A DNA stretch of 64,000 nt from an uncultured Chloroflexia bacterium (lineage in GTDB: Bacteria > Chloroflexota > Anaerolineae > CG2-30-64-16): assembly GCA_963810095.1 (NCBI GenBank), contig CAWEMM010000006.1, positions 608,001 through 672,000 on the forward strand, in the 5' to 3' direction. The notes under the pieces were generated by a model. It was not told the DNA's origin and made no database searches. It was given only the letters and a program-made list of their open reading frames with translations. Shown here one piece after another: positions 33,646 to 46,098 of this stretch (position 1 is the first letter of the stretch; each line of letters opens with the position of its first letter). The translations under genes and the position numbers were made by a program.

Positions 33646-34880
33646 CTACTCGTCCGGCACGAGTGTCCTGATCACGGCGGGGTCCATCTCGGGCATCCAG
33701 CCGTAGACGTTGACCGTCCCATACTCCCTGAAGCCGTATTTCTCCACGACCCGCTTCGACATCGGGCCCGCGTCGATGGCGGCCAGGTGAAACCCGCGCC
33801 CGCGGGCCGCCTCCAGCCGGTGCTTGAGCAGCGTCGAATACACCTTCTGACCCCGAAACTCAGGCAGGGTCGCGGCGCCTGAGAGGTACATCCTGCCGAA
33901 GCGGAAGTCGGCGGCGGCCATGCCGGCCGGCATTTCGTCGAGGTAGGCCAGGCAATAAAGATGTTTTTGCGTCGCCTCCGCGTCCGCGAGCCGCTCGCGT
34001 AAGGCCTTCCGCTCGTCATCGAGCTGCTCCGCGGGCAGGTGGAACGCCACTGCTTCCATCGCCAGCAAGATCTCGACCCCTGGGTCGTCCGGTCCTTCCA
34101 GGTTGTGGACCGTCACCCGCTCGTTCACCGCGATCTCTGACAGGTCATCCAACCCTAGCCGTGCCATACGCACGTTCTGGCCGGCCAGCATCAGTCCGTG
34201 GCGCTCCAATCGCTCACAGAGGTCCGGCGGCGTGTCGAATGGCATAACCCACCACACGAAACCGGCGCCGCTGCGGGCGTGCTCGGCCAGGATCTTCTCG
34301 ATCTGCCCATCGGCTTCCTCCGCCGTCCAGCGGGCACCGCCGATGAAGTTGCTCGCGGGGTGCGCCTCGCCTGAGCCTGCCCGAGAGATGCGGCGGCTGT
34401 CATTGCGCTGGCGGTTTTGCGGCATCCACTCCCGCACATCCCAACCGTGCCAGAGTTCTTCGAGAAAGGCAGTCACCTCGTCGTCCGCCAGCGTCGCCGG
34501 TGCGACGTAGTCCTTGCGATGCGCGCTAAACAGGGGCTCTGAGCAGTACAGGTCGATTGCCTGGATCAAGCCATCCTTCCGCGAGACGAACAGCGCCCGG
34601 TTATGCTCGACGTACTGGCTCTCCTCGGTCGCGTAGATGCGGAACTGAACCCCGCCGGCGTCGCCGGCCTCTTTCGGCAGGCGAACACTTCGATCACGGG
34701 GTCGGGCCAGCTTCGCCACTCCTCACCGAACCAATCAAGAACCCGCTGCCGCCCGCGCATGGCGATCGCGCCGTCCCAGCGCCAGACGCGCAGGGTAACG
34801 TCTTCTTGCAACAGGTCCCACCTGCGTTGGCCGTCGAGCGTAGAATTGACGAGAGTTGTCACCAGCGTAACGCCGTCCAC
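33646..34880 (-). CDS. NTF2/SnoaL-like N-terminal domain fused to GNAT acetyltransferase (frameshift near 34660)
   Basis: ORF 34566-34880 (LLQEDVTL..RGRQRV) continues in ORF 33646-34719; C-terminal ATLPEFRGQKVY...YGF. Confidence 0.65.
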
Positions 34881-35080
34881 AGCGCACCTCCTTGCCTGCT
34901 ACACCCATTCATTATACGTCGCCTTCCGCTCATTGAGGCGCGAATGAAGGTCGAGAAAGTCCGCAAAATCGCTGGATGGTTAGCCGCAACGTCTTTGCCG
35001 CCGCGAGTCCCGTTCCGGGCCCTGGTCATGAAGGAGCGCACACGTTCGGGCCAATCGAGTTGCTTCGGCAGTAGCCGATC

Positions 35081-35137
35081 ATGAACAAGCCGGGTATGTG
35101 CGCCAGCTCTGGCGAGCGCAATACCCGGCTTGTTCAT
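35081..35137. terminator. Strong hairpin downstream of metK
   Basis: ATGAACAAGCCGGGTAT...ATACCCGGCTTGTTCAT, 17-bp perfect stem. Confidence 0.7.
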
Positions 35138-35169
35138 CCTCCCGACGAGGGCAACGCTGCAGTCGAAGC

Positions 35170-36381
35170 CTACAGCCCCAGCGCCGCCTTCAGCTCGGCG
35201 ACCTTGTCCAGCTTCTCCCACGGCGCGTCGATGTCGTGGCGGCCGAAGTGGCCGTACGCCGCGGTCGCGCGATAGATGGGCCGGCGCAGGTTCAGGTCGC
35301 GGATGATCGCGGCCGGGCGCAGGTCGAAGCAGCTCGTGATGACTTCGACGATCTTCTCGTCGCCCACGTGGCCGGTGCCGAACGTTTCGACGGCAACGCT
35401 GGTGGGCCGCGCCACGCCGATGGCGTAGCTCACCTGGAGCTCCAGACGGTCGGCCGCGCCCGCCGCCACCAGGTTCTTCGCGATGTAGCGCATCATGTAT
35501 GCGGCGGAGCGGTCGACCTTCGTCGGGTCTTTGCCCGAGAACGCGCCACCGCCATGCCGAGCCACGCCGCCGTAGGTGTCCACGATGATCTTGCGGCCGG
35601 TCAGGCCCGAATCGCCCATCGGTCCGCCGACCACAAAGCGGCCGGTGGGGTTGACGAAGATGCGGGTGTCCTTGTCGAGGTATCCGTTGGGCACGACGAA
35701 CTTGATCACACGCTCGTAGATGTCAGACTCGATCTTCGCGTGATCGACCTCGGGCGCATGCTGCGTGGAAACGACGATGGTGTCGACGCGCACCGGTTTG
35801 CCGTGGTGGTACTCCACGGTCACCTGGCTCTTGCCGTCGGGGCGCAGGTAGGGCAGCGTGCCGTCCTTGCGCACCCGCGTCAGCTGCTTGCACAGTTTCT
35901 GCGCCAGGTCGATGCTCAGCGGCATGTACTCCTCGGTCTCGTTGCACGCGAAGCCGATCATCATGCCCTGATCGCCCGCACCGATCGCCTCGATCTGTGC
36001 GTCGGTTATCTCGCCCTGCTTCGCCTCGAGCGCCTTGTCGACGCCGAGCGCGATATCCGGGCTTTGCTCCTTGATCGACACGATCACGCCTGCGGTGTCC
36101 GAGTCGAAGCCGTACTTGGCGCGGGTGTAGCCGATGTCGCGCACGACATCGCGGACCAGCGACGGAATGTCGACGTAGGTGCTGGTCGTGATCTCGCCCA
36201 TCACCAGGATCAGGCCCGTCGTCGTGCTCACTTCGCACGCCACCCGGGCATCGGGATCGTCGGTCAGGATCGCGTCCAGCACGGCGTCGCTGATCTGATC
36301 GCACATCTTGTCGGGATGACCTTCGGTCACCGATTCCGACGTGAAAAAGAACTTGGGGGAACTGGCAAAGGTTGTCGTCAT
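35170..36381 (-). CDS. metK: S-adenosylmethionine synthetase
   Basis: [35 protein letters not shown]. Confidence 0.98.
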   Translation of the reverse strand: MTTTFASSPKFFFTSESVTEGHPDKMCDQISDAVLDAILTDDPDARVACEVSTTTGLILVMGEITTSTYVDIPSLVRDVVRDIGYTRAKYGFDSDTAGVIVSIKEQSPDIALGVDKALEAKQGEITDAQIEAIGAGDQGMMIGFACNETEEYMPLSIDLAQKLCKQLTRVRKDGTLPYLRPDGKSQVTVEYHHGKPVRVDTIVVSTQHAPEVDHAKIESDIYERVIKFVVPNGYLDKDTRIFVNPTGRFVVGGPMGDSGLTGRKIIVDTYGGVARHGGGAFSGKDPTKVDRSAAYMMRYIAKNLVAAGAADRLELQVSYAIGVARPTSVAVETFGTGHVGDEKIVEVITSCFDLRPAAIIRDLNLRRPIYRATAAYGHFGRHDIDAPWEKLDKVAELKAALGL

Positions 36382-36397
36382 TTGTATCTCCTTATCT

Positions 36398-36425
36398 GTA
36401 GGGACGAGCTTAAGCTCGTCCCTAC
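36398..36425. repeat. Perfect 28-bp GTAG palindrome (REP-like)
   Basis: GTAGGGACGAGCTTAAGCTCGTCCCTAC between ahcY and metK. Confidence 0.85.
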
Positions 36426-36432
36426 TAAGCAA

Positions 36433-37695
<1,263 letters not shown>

Positions 37696-37723
37696 TTAGA
37701 ACAAACCTCCTGTGGTTAAGCGC

Positions 37724-37788
37724 TCTAAGACAAAGACACAAAGGCACGATGCTCTCTTTCATTGTGTCCTGGTGTCTTTGTGTTGAGA
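37724..37788. repeat. Family A palindrome
   Basis: ACAAAGACACAAAGGCAC...GTGTCCTGGTGTCTTTGTG. Confidence 0.75.
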
Positions 37789-37792
37789 GAAG

Positions 37793-38759
37793 CTACTTTC
37801 GATTGAGCATATCTTCCAGCTCGGGCGCGTCGCCGAACACTTCCCGGTAGCGCGCCACGAACTCTGGCACGGTGTAACGGTGGTTCATCGTCCCCACCTG
37901 TTCGAGGCAGTAGGTCGCCGCCAGCGCGCCGATCCGGCCGCTGACCTCCCAGGGGTAGCCCCGGACGAGGCCGACGAGCATCCCGCCGCGGAACGCATCG
38001 CCCACGCCCGTCGGATCGGCGATGTGCTGCGGAGGCGCAACCGGCACGTCGACCCGCCGCTGGGGAGCCATGAAGCTCGCGCCCTCTGCGCCCCGGGTGA
38101 CTACCAGCAAGGCGACCTTCTGCAGGATGCCGGCCTCGTCGAGCCCGGTCTTCTGCTTGAGCACCTCCAGCTCGTAGTCGTTGACGGTCAGGCTGAACGC
38201 GCCGTCAATCCCCTCCAGCACCTGCTCTGCGCTCAGGCGCGGCGAGCTGCTGGCTGGGGTCGAAGATGAACGGCAGCCCGAGTTCCCGGCACTCCCGGCA
38301 GTTGAGGAGCATCCCTTCGGGGTCGTGGGGCGAGATGATGACGTAGTCGATCTCCGCCTTATCGAGGCCCCGGTAGGTCAGCTCCTTGCCCCGCTGCATC
38401 GCGCCCGAGTGGAAGCCGGCGATCTGGTTCTGCTCCAGGTCGGTGATCACGGTGAAGGTGGCGGTGAACTCGTCCGGGTACGTCACGACCAGCGAGGTGT
38501 CGATCCCCTGCAGCTCGAGCCACTGGCGATACTCGGCAAAGTCCTGGCCCACCGTGCCCATCAACCTGGGCCGCTCGCCCAGCAGCGCCATGGTGTAGGC
38601 AATGTTCGGCCCGATGCCGCCCCGGCTCATCTGCTTGTCCTCGACGAGGAAGCTGACGCTGAGCTTGCCGGTCTGCTCGATAAAGATGTGCTCCCGAAAC
38701 TTGCCGGGATACCTCATCAGGTAGTCGGTCGCAATCGACCCGGTCACGATAACTGACAT
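37793..38759 (-). CDS. PfkB family kinase, probable adenosine kinase; frameshift near 38240
   Basis: GSIATD, GGIGPNIAY, FDPSQ, NDYE, DPTGVGDAFRGG; adjacent to ahcY. Confidence 0.88.
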
Positions 38760-38779
38760 GCTACTCCTCGTGTTCGCCC

Positions 38780-38830
38780 AGACCTTCGAGGTTTCGACCG
38801 TCACCCGAGGTGACGCAACCTCGCAGGTCC
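38780..38830. repeat. Family C palindrome
   Basis: AGACCTTCGAGGTT...AACCTCGCAGGTC with inner GTCACC/GGTGAC stem. Confidence 0.7.
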
Positions 38831-39750
38831 TAAAGGCCCCGAAGCTCTTTCGCCTTCTGAACCCGTTCTTCCGCGATCCGGCAGTACTCTTCCGAAATCT
38901 CATACCCGACGTAATGCCGGCCCTCCGGCACCGCGGCCACCGCGGTCGAGCCGCTGCCCATGAACGGGTCGAGCACGACGTCGCCGGGCTTCGTGTACAG
39001 CAGCATCAACCGCCGCGGCAGTTCTTCAGGGAAGGGCGCCGGATGATCTACGCTCGTCTCCGTGGTCATCGACCAGATCGACTCGCTGTCGTCCGCGCCT
39101 TGGGCGCCCTGCGCCCACACCGACCGGGCGATGGACTCGGCGATCCAGGCATCGTCTTTGCCGCGGCGCCGCGCATCGGCCAGCTTGGCCTCGATCTTGC
39201 GCTGCAGGTCCTTCAAGCCATCCTCGGGCCGCCAGATGCTGCGGGTCCAGGCGACGAACTCGTTGCCCGAGATGCCGGTCGCCCCGCCGCCTTCCAGCTT
39301 GAGCTGATCCTTGCTCCACACCGTGATGTACTCGTGCACGTCACGCAGCGTCGGATTGCTGGAACGGCCGAAGCTGCCCCACGCCGTCGAAATGCCGGCC
39401 GACGCGCCCTTGTCCCAGATGATGTGCCCCCGGTGCAGCCAGGTACAGCTGCTTCGCCGCAGCTGCTCGTCGATCAGGCTGACCAGCGAAAGATACGGCT
39501 TGCGGTCCGTGTTCGCCACGTTCACGCACAGCCGCCCGCCGGGAACAAGCACCCGGTGGCACTCGCGCCAGACCGCCTCCAACATCGCCAGGTACTCGTC
39601 CAGCCCCAGGTTGTCGTTATGGACGGTGTAGTCCTTCGCGACGTTGTAGGGCGGCGAGGTGACGACGAGGTGCACGCTGCGGTCGGGCACGCCCGCCATG
39701 CTGCGGGCATCGGCGCAGAAGATGCGGTCAAGGTAGAGATCGTTGGTCAT
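38830..39750 (-). CDS. Orphan site-specific DNA methyltransferase (N4-C/N6-A, beta class)
   Basis: VVTSPPY near N-terminus, HPAPFP, VLDPFMGSGST, GYEI near C-terminus. Confidence 0.92.
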   Translation of the reverse strand: MTNDLYLDRIFCADARSMAGVPDRSVHLVVTSPPYNVAKDYTVHNDNLGLDEYLAMLEAVWRECHRVLVPGGRLCVNVANTDRKPYLSLVSLIDEQLRRSSCTWLHRGHIIWDKGASAGISTAWGSFGRSSNPTLRDVHEYITVWSKDQLKLEGGGATGISGNEFVAWTRSIWRPEDGLKDLQRKIEAKLADARRRGKDDAWIAESIARSVWAQGAQGADDSESIWSMTTETSVDHPAPFPEELPRRLMLLYTKPGDVVLDPFMGSGSTAVAAVPEGRHYVGYEISEEYCRIAEERVQKAKELRGL

Positions 39751-39808
39751 AGCCTCAGGGCCCTGCGGGCGATGGAGTGACGACGGGCCGCTCCGTCCGG
39801 AACGGGGC

Positions 39809-42013
39809 TCATTGCTTGCCTGCCATAACCGGCACGAGCGCGGCCGGCGGGATCGTCGTCAGCCAGGTTTCCCCGGCCGCAACCCCAACCTGCCCATTCC
39901 GCTCGTCATAAATGGCAACGACGGCCGGGTAGTCGCCGGGGGGCATGTCGCCCGGCATCGCCAGGTGCGTCACCTGCACAAACTCTTGTCCCGGCTGCCA
40001 ACCCTGATACGCCAGGGCCAGCAGCTCGTCGGTCTGGGCCCAGGTGCGGCCGCTCGCATCCTGGAGGCGGGCAGACAGTTTGGGCGGCATGTCGCGCGAC
40101 CAGGGCTGCAGCACGCGCCACCGGGTCACCAGGTCGATGCCATCTCCCGACGGCACACTCCCGGCGGCGACGAGTGCCAGCGTGTCGCCGTAGCGCAGCG
40201 GCACACTAAGCCCTCGCACGCCCACCGACTCGAGCGCCGCATCGACCGTCCCTTGATCCAGCGTCGCCACCCTCAGCAACTCTCCGACCGGCTGCGCCCG
40301 GTCGAACAATGGGAGCAGCGCCGCATCCCGGCTGCTCTCGGCCGAGGCGGTCCAGACGTAGGTTGCCCGGCCGCCCTGGGGCGGCAGCGGCAGGCCGTGC
40401 GGCCCGTAAAACCAGGTCACGTCGGCCCGTTTCGGCTGATAGAGCAGGTACGTCTGCTGGTCCAGGTCGAGCCAGAAATCTGTGCTGATGTAAAGCGGGT
40501 CGCCTGCGGGCGCCAGCGCCGAGTAGTCCGCCGCGGCTCGCAGGTCGCCGTTGTAGATGCGCTGCGTGACCACGCTGGCCGGCCAGCGCTCGAAATACGC
40601 CACCGCGTTGTCGGTCCAGTGATCGACAAACAACACGAGGAGGAGCATGCCGGCGACCACCGGCCAGGTGTCCGGTCACAAGCGGAACCGGCCGAAGGCC
40701 ACCCGGCGCACCAGGACGCCCGCGCTCCACAACCCCGCAGCAACGTACACGAACACCAGCGGCATGGCGACGATGGCCCGCAGGTAGAACGGCCCGCCGG
40801 GCGTGATCAGCGCGGGGGCCAGGCCCAGCGCCAGCGCCGTCAGCCAGAGCCGCTCGCGGCGGCTCCGAAACACCCGGGGCAGCGCGACGAGCACGCCCAC
40901 CACGAAGAGCACGGCCAGGACGGGCGAGAGCGCGGGCCTCCCGGGCAGGTTGTACTGGTAGAGCAGGCCGGCCGGCTCACGCCACAGCAGCGTGGCGAGC
41001 CCCTCGCCGATCGTGCGGAGCAGCGGGAGCAGCTGGCCCCGCGCCGCCTCGCTCAACGGGCCGGCGAGCTCCCCCACCCGGCGCTCGGCGCCCGGATGGG
41101 CCCGCAGCCACAGCAGCAGCGGCGCGCTGACCAGGGCCATCACCAACCAGGACAGGAGCAGGCCGGCGACCGGGCCATCCACGAATGAACGAATACCGGC
41201 CGAATGAACCGATTCCCCCGTCGCAACAAGAGACTTCCCCGCTTGCGCGGCCATTCGTTCATTCGTCTGACGTTCGTTCATTCGTGGATGGCCGCGCCGC
41301 ACCCGGCGCACCAGCCACCCGACCCCCTCGTACAGGATCAGCAGCGGGGCCAGGGCGAAGAGCGCCCGAGCCGACAGGTACGTGTAGATCGCCAGCCCAC
41401 CAAACAGCCCGCTCAGCAGGAACGGCCCGAGCGAACCCTTCACAGGAAGGACCGAAGAACCGAAGTTCCCCAAAGGTCCTGAGAGCTTTGTGAGCCTTCG
41501 TGTCTTCGGTTCTTCGTGGTGAAGATCCCCGTCGCGTACAGCGCTCAACCCCCGGTCGAGCCAGTAGATCATCGCCGCGCCGAGCGTCATGGCCGAGATG
41601 GCCCGGAGCCCCACCCGGCCGGTGAACAGGAACCAGAACGAGCCCGCCATGAGCAGGACTGCGACGAGCGCCGCGGCGAACGGCAGCTTGCGCCGGGCGA
41701 GGCCGATGCTGACCGCCGCGCCGAGCGTGGCCCACACGACCGAGGCCAGGCGCAAGCCCCAGATGAACTGCCCGTTCGCCAGCTTGAACAGGGCCGCGGC
41801 CGAGTAGATGAAGAGGGGCTCGCGCCCGAAATTGGCTGTAAAGTAGATGCGATAGCGGCCGTAGAGGAGCTCGATGGCATCTACGATGTTAAAGACCTGG
41901 TCGTGCTGGACGCCGGGCGGGACGTCGTTGAGGCGCACCATGAGCGCAGCAAAGGCGACGAGCACCACTCCCGCCGCCGCCAACGCCCGCCACGTCCGCC
42001 CTGCCAGCCTCAC
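39809..42013 (-). CDS. GT-C-fold (ArnT/GT39-like) membrane glycosyltransferase with C-terminal beta domain; frameshift near 40670; two in-frame palindromic inserts
   Basis: [30 protein letters not shown]; GTG start overlaps mtnA stop. Confidence 0.8.
41173..41293. repeat. 121-bp palindromic element inside a CDS
   Basis: Perfect 21-bp terminal IR GGCCATCCACGAATGAACGAA / TTCGTTCATTCGTGGATGGCC with internal CGAATGAAC reiterations. Confidence 0.9.
41438..41524. repeat. Family A-like palindromic element inside a CDS
   Basis: CTTCACAGGAAGGACCGAAGAACCGAAG...CTTCGTGTCTTCGGTTCTTCGTGGTGAAG. Confidence 0.85.
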
Positions 42014-43169
42014 ACCTGCTCTCCCCGCGACCGTGTACGATTCACACGAAAGACACCGAGACACCAAGAATAGACGTTGTGCCTTGGTGTCTTTGTGTTA
42101 TTCTGTGCACTCTTTGCTCGACGCTGCTGCGCGGCCTCGACGGCCTTGCGGAGGCTGACCTCGAACGGCGGGTAGCAGATGCCCTCTTCGGTGATGATGC
42201 CGGTGAGATAACGGTGCGGCGTGACGTCGAAGGCCGGGTTGTAGACCGCAACACTCTCGGGCGCGATCCGCTCGGCCCCCACCATGGTCACTTCTTCGGC
42301 GTTCCGTTCCTCGATGGGAATCAGGTCGCCGTTGGCCAGGCTCAGGTCGATCGTCGGCGTGGGCACCACCGAGTAGCACGGGATGCCGTTCTCTTTCGCC
42401 AGCACCGCCAGCTTGTACGAGCCGATCTTGTTCGCCACGTCGCCGTTCGCCGCCACCCGGTCCACGCCGTAGAGCACCACCTGCACCCGGCCCAGGCGCA
42501 TGAGCATGCCCGAGGCATTGTCGGCGATGAGGGTCATCGGGATCTCGTCGTGCATGAGCTCCCACGCGGTGAGCCGGGCGCCCTGCAGGCGGGGCCGCGT
42601 CTCGTCCACCCACACGTGGATGCCCTTGCCCCCCTCGTGCGCCGCCCGGATCACGCCCAGCACCGTGCCGTAGTCGACCGTGGCCAGCGAGCCCGCGTTG
42701 CAGTGCGTCAGGATGTTGGCCCCCTGCGGGACGATCTCGGCGCCGAACGCGCCCATGCGCCGGTTGATCTCCACGTCCTCGTCCGCGATGCGGTCCGCCT
42801 CGGCCAGGACCGCCGACCGGATGTCGTCGACGTTAGCAAGAGCACGAGGTGCGCCGCATCGTCCAACACGGTCGTGGTCGCCCAGCTGAGGTTGACCGCA
42901 GTGGGGCGGGACGCATCGAGCACCTGCTTTGCCGCACGGAGGTCGGCCAGCAAGCCGTCGCGATCCGTCGCGCCGCTCTGAAACGCAGCCAGGGCCATGC
43001 CATAAGCGCCCGCCGCGCCGATGGCCGGCGCACCGCGCACGACCATGTCGGTGATGGCCTGCGCCACCGCCCGGTAGTCGTCGTAGGAGAGAACGGTGTA
43101 GGTCAGCGGCAGGATGCGCTGATCGATCATCTTGAGCTGGTTGTTTTCCCACCATAGGGTGCGCGGCAT
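42010..43169 (-). CDS. mtnA: S-methyl-5-thioribose-1-phosphate isomerase; frameshift near 42845
   Basis: [60 protein letters not shown]. Confidence 0.95.
42041..42100. repeat. Family A palindrome within the 3' end of mtnA
   Basis: CACGAAAGACACCGAGACACCAAG...CTTGGTGTCTTTGTG. Confidence 0.75.
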
Positions 43170-43231
43170 CTTGACTTCGTCCTTGACGTCTCTTCGAGAA
43201 ACTGCAGCGTTTCTGCGTCACGAGGCATTAG

Positions 43232-43260
43232 AAATAAAAACGCCCACCGGAGAGGCGGGC
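43232..43260 (-). terminator. Intrinsic terminator of the SAM riboswitch expression platform
   Basis: GCCCGCC-TCTCC-GGTGGGC GTTTTTATTT on minus strand. Confidence 0.8.
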
Positions 43261-43285
43261 ACAGTAAGACAGCACTTGAGCCGAC

Positions 43286-43469
43286 CTCTCATCTTCCAGA
43301 TTTAGGCGACGCAAGCCGGCGACGCTGACGGAATTGGCACCTGCCTGCCGCTCCGAGACTTCGCCGCCTGCATGGTTTTCACCGTGCCAAAGCGTCGCAA
43401 CCGGTCTCCGGGGCTCCAGGTGGTTGCCGGGGGATCACGGGCCGTTCCCTCCCCCCCTCTGGATGAGTG
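43286..43469 (-). ncRNA. SAM-I (S-box) riboswitch
   Basis: CTCATCCAGAG...GAGGGA.CGGCCC..GA.CCC.CGGCAACC...GGTGCCAATTCC...GAAGATGAG upstream of mtnA...metK. Confidence 0.93.
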
Positions 43470-43538
43470 TCCAGGGCTAGATTGTCAAAACGCATATCAA
43501 GGCACACGCGTGGCCTGCAACGGCCGTAACAAGGCGCA

Positions 43539-43567
43539 AGTATAGCGCAGGGGGCCGGGCTAGTCAA
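43539..43567 (-). promoter_or_regulatory. sigma70 promoter of the SAM operon
   Basis: TTGACT-N17-TATACT. Confidence 0.8.
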
Positions 43568-43747
43568 AAAAGCGCCGGCCGACTTCGGCCGGGCGTCAGC
43601 CACTCGGCAGGGGATTCCCTGCCATCAGGGCCGGTTGACACGGGCCGTCTTTATGTGATAACAAACAACGAAGTAGTAACTTCTCGCACAGAACCTTGCG
43701 TCCGCATGCCAGCGGCGATGCTCAACAACGGAATGGAGGAAACCCGA

Positions 43748-46009
43748 ATGCGTAAGCTTCTGGCTTCTCCTCGTCCCTGCGCTCTTCCTCGCGACCGCGG
43801 CGTCGCCGCAGCCGCGCCCACCGTCCCAACCGACATCGAGCAGCCGGGCACCCAGCCCACGCAGGTCGGCAACCTCGAAACACCGGACAAGTGCGACAAC
43901 TGCCACGGCGGCTACAACGCGGCGGTCGAGCCGGCGTTCAACTGGCGCGGCAGCATGATGGCGAACGCCAGGCCGCGACCCGATCTTCTGGGCCACCGTG
44001 GCGATCGCCGAGCAGGACTTCGACGGCTCGGGCGACCTGTGCATCCGCTGCCACAGCACGGGCGGCTGGTACGCCGGCCGCTCCACGCCCACCGACGGCA
44101 GCGGGCTGACCGCGGGCGACGCCGACGGCGTCGACTGCGACACCTGCCACAAGATGACCAACCCCAACAACAGCGAGCACCTCGGCGTGATGAACGCGCC
44201 GTACATCGCCAACAACGAGGCGACGCCCGCAACGGGCTACTACGGGTCGGGGATGCTGTCCTTGTGGGGCGGGAACGAGAAGCTCGGCCCCTACAGCGAC
44301 CCGAACGCCAAGCACGGCTTCATGCAGTCGGCGTTCCACCGCTCGGTGGATATGTGCGGGTCGTGCCACGACGTGTCCAACCCGGCCGTGGGCGACCTGG
44401 CGCACAACAACGGCAAGCAGCCAACGGGCGACGCCGGTGGTGGCGAGCGGCGTGCCCGGCGCGGCCGTGAACGGCAAGGCGGCCTTCAACAACTTCCCCT
44501 ATCAGTACGGCGTCGTCGAGCGGACCTTCAGCGAGTACAAGGCGGGGCTGCTGTCGCAGACGCTGGTGTCGAACTACGCGTCACTGCCGGCGGACCTGAA
44601 GAACGGGGCGATCAAGAACGCCTACGAGAACGTCGATCGTGGCGGGGACGAGCGGCGACTACCAGGACGGCACGGACCGCTACTTCTCCTGCCAGACGTG
44701 CCACGTGCCGCCGACGACCGGGGTGGGGTGCAACAAGGCCGGCACGCCGACCCGCCCCGACCTGCCGCTGCACGACATGACCGGCGGCAACACTGGAGCC
44801 CGACGCGATCCTGTACCAGAACACGCAGGGCACGCTGCGGCTGGGCGGCGGGCTGACGGCCACGCAGATCAATGCCATCGACGCGGGGAAGCTGCCGCGC
44901 GCAGCGGCAGCTCGACATGGCCGCCAGCCTGAGCCGTGACGGGCAACACGCTGAAGGTGGTCAACCTGACGGGACACAAGCTCATCTCCGGCTACCCGGA
45001 GGGGCGGCGGATGTGGCTCAACATCAAGTGGTACGATGCGGCCAACAACCTGCTGCGCGAGGACGGGCAGTACGGCGACAAGCAGGTGACCATCGACGGC
45101 GCAGCCAAGGTGGTGAAGACCATCCTCAACCCGGCGAGCACGAAGGTGTACGAGGCGCACTACGGGATGACGCAGGAGTGGGCGAACCAGCTGCTCGGCC
45201 TGGGCTACTCGTCCGAGCCTGGCGCTGAGCTATGACCCGACGACCGGCGCAGTCAACTACACGCTCGGGCAACTGGCCGCCCAGGCGCCGGGCACGAGCC
45301 ACGAGACGTTCCACTTCGTCCTGAACAACACGGTGGTGAAGGACAACCGCATCCCGCCGTACGGGTTCAAGTACGACGAGGCGCGCAAGCGGAACGCGCT
45401 CCCGGTTCCGGCAGCCCAGTACGGCAGCCCGGCGGCCGGCGGCACGTTCAACTACTGGGACGAGGTGACGCTGAACCCGCCGCCCGGCGCGACGGTGGGC
45501 ACGATCACGCTGATGTACCAGCCGACCAGCTGGGAGTACGTGCAGTTCCTGCAGCGGGCGAACAACAAGTCGAACGCGTTCCTGGCGAGCGAGGGCGACA
45601 ACCTGCTCGATGCGTGGCTGAACACGGGCATGGCGGCGCCCTACCCGGTTGCCGGACGCGCAGTGGACGGGGTCCGCGCCGTGCGTGGCGCCGAACGCGC
45701 TGACGGGCGTGCAGATCGCCCGGCTGAACGCGACCACGGCCCGGCTGACGTGGCCGGCGGCGGCGAACGCGAGCGCGTACAACGTCTGGCGGAACGCGAC
45801 CAACCCGTTCTTCCTGCCCGGGCGCGACGTGCTCGGCGGGCAACGGGTGCAGCCAGGTCGGGGGGACGAGCTTCGACGATGCCTCGCTGGGGAGCCCGGC
45901 GAGCCACACGAATTACCTCGTGCAGCCGGTGGCGGGGTGCGGCGCGGTGCAGACCACGCCGTCGAACCGGACGGGCGAGTTCGAGTTCACGCTGATCAAG
46001 GGGCAGTAG
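43748..46009 (+). CDS. Secreted multiheme cytochrome c (five CXXCH) with C-terminal FN3-like region; multiple frameshifts
   Basis: CDNCH 43892, CIRCH 44040, CDTCH 44136, CGSCH 44355, CQTCH 44690; WRGSMMANA, GHKLISGYPEGRRMW, DNRIPP; GGAGG RBS. Confidence 0.85.
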
Positions 46010-46043
46010 CCGGTTCGGGACGCGTCGCCGGGATCGGAACAAC

Positions 46044-46082
46044 AAGACGGGCGACCGGATGATCCGGCCGCCCGTCTTTTTA
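46044..46082 (+). terminator. Intrinsic terminator
   Basis: AAGACGGGCG.CCGGA...TCCGG.CGCCCGTC TTTTT. Confidence 0.85.
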
Positions 46083-46098
46083 TGCCCCGGTCAGAAGG

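Noticed and set aside
38830-39750. Restriction-modification or prophage island
   Set aside because: No endonuclease, integrase or phage genes nearby, and codon style is host-like
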